DNA from: Eubacteriales bacterium
GTDB lineage: Bacteria > Bacillota > Clostridia > Christensenellales > Aristaeellaceae
DNA length: 64,000 bases
Assembly: GCA_031552735.1 (NCBI GenBank)
Contig: JAVBMF010000026.1
Location: 747 to 64,746, forward strand
Direction of reading: 5' to 3'
Part shown: one piece after another, positions 63,092-64,000 of the stretch
Layout: the number at the start of each line of letters is the position of its first letter
Position numbering within the stretch: position 1 is the first letter of the stretch
Position numbers and translations under genes: made by a program
The notes under the pieces: generated by a model
What the model was told of the DNA's origin: nothing
The model's database searches: none
The model's input: only the letters and a program-made list of their open reading frames with translations

Positions 63092-63232
63092 GGCCTGAGG
63101 CTGGCGATAAGCGCCTAGGCACTTCTGGCCAGCCTGAAGCAACCTAAGTCCTAAGTCCGTGGGCTCGCCATACAGGCGAGCCCTTTGCCGGACAAATCCG
63201 ACCTTTTTCGCAGGAAGTCAGGAGGAAACGAT

Positions 63233-64000
63233 ATGCCAAGATCCCATCCGCTGGAGCGGGTACGCAACATCGGTATCATGGCACACATTGATGCCGGAAA
63301 GACCACCACGACGGAGCGCATCCTGTTCTACACCGGCCGCACATACAAGATGGGTGAAACCCATGAAGGCGGCGCGACCATGGACTGGATGGCGCAGGAA
63401 CAGGAGCGCGGCATCACCATTACGTCCGCTGCTACCACCTGCGAGTGGAAAGGCCACCGCGTCAATATAATCGACACCCCTGGCCACGTGGACTTCACGG
63501 TGGAGGTCGAGCGTTCGCTGCGCGTGCTGGACGGCGCGGTCGCTGTGTTCTGCGCCAAGGGCGGCGTTGAGCCGCAGTCTGAAACCGTGTGGCGTCAGGC
63601 CGAGAAGTATCGCGTGCCGCGCATGGTGTACGTCAACAAGATGGACATCAACGGCGCTGATTTCTTCCGCGTGGTCGGCATGCTCAAGGATCGTCTGCAC
63701 GCCAACGCGGTGCCGATCCAGCTGCCCATCGGCGCGGAGGGCACCTTCCGCGGCATCATTGACTTGGTGCGTATGAAGGCCGAAGTCTACTACGATGACC
63801 TGGGCAAGGATGTGCGCGAGGAAGAGATTCCCGCGGACATGCTGGAGCTGGCCAAGGAATATCGCGAGAAGATGATCGAGGCGGTGTCCGAGCAGGACGA
63901 AACGCTGACCGAAAAGTACCTCGAGGGCATCGAGCCCACCGAGGAGGAGTTGTACAAGGTCATCCGCGCCGCGACCATTGCCTGCCAGTTCAATCCCGTG
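63233..64000 (+). CDS. fusA: Elongation factor G, N-terminal 256 codons; continues beyond the window
   Basis: ATG 63233 follows AGGAGGAA. It has [37 protein letters not shown] and NKMD G-domain motifs. The frame is open to the window end, and the ORF is not listed in the supplied track. Confidence 0.95.
   Translation, partial: MPRSHPLERVRNIGIMAHIDAGKTTTTERILFYTGRTYKMGETHEGGATMDWMAQEQERGITITSAATTCEWKGHRVNIIDTPGHVDFTVEVERSLRVLDGAVAVFCAKGGVEPQSETVWRQAEKYRVPRMVYVNKMDINGADFFRVVGMLKDRLHANAVPIQLPIGAEGTFRGIIDLVRMKAEVYYDDLGKDVREEEIPADMLELAKEYREKMIEAVSEQDETLTEKYLEGIEPTEEELYKVIRAATIACQFNPV

Overview
High-GC Firmicutes/Clostridia-like chromosomal segment, with rpoB-rpoC-L7Ae-rpsL-rpsG-fusA order, a spoIID homologue and GGAGG ribosome-binding sites. 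It is densely coding, and I support about 50 protein genes. In order they are ybaB-recR, a lipoprotein, tdk and a nucleotidyltransferase/phosphomutase fusion. Next is a minus-strand MoxR-DUF58-transglutaminase operon, then a tightly overlapped birA-dmpA-acpS-VOC-nnrD operon followed by mazEF. These are followed by a YitT membrane protein and an XPD/DinG-like helicase with an N-terminal nuclease module. A complete hexuronate catabolic locus follows: IclR regulator, uxaB, uxaA, uxaC, kdgF-like cupin, eda fusion, TRAP dctPQM and kdgK. Then come an AT-rich islet with an orphan barstar-like gene, helD overlapping an M1 lipoprotein peptidase, galM, a GT-C glycosyltransferase, and a DUF4342 protein with an OmpR/HK pair. 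The rest comprises a 990-aa hybrid PAS/GAF kinase, a metallophosphoesterase, radA-yacL, a membrane protein, spoIID, two tandem LtaS/sulfatase-like paralogues, aqpZ, and the rpoBC/str-operon start. I found no rRNA, tRNA, CRISPR array, transposase or integrase. Two signals are not explained by the genes. The first is a dispersed, structured ~90-120-nt repeat family placed just after the stop codons of recR, mazF, rpoB and rpoC (tandemly duplicated after rpoC), whose outer stems differ in sequence but stay complementary. The second is a 560-bp gene-free, hairpin-rich gap between convergent genes that carries a consensus sigma-A-type promoter and is a candidate unannotated RNA. All functional calls come from motif recognition by eye; no database search was possible.
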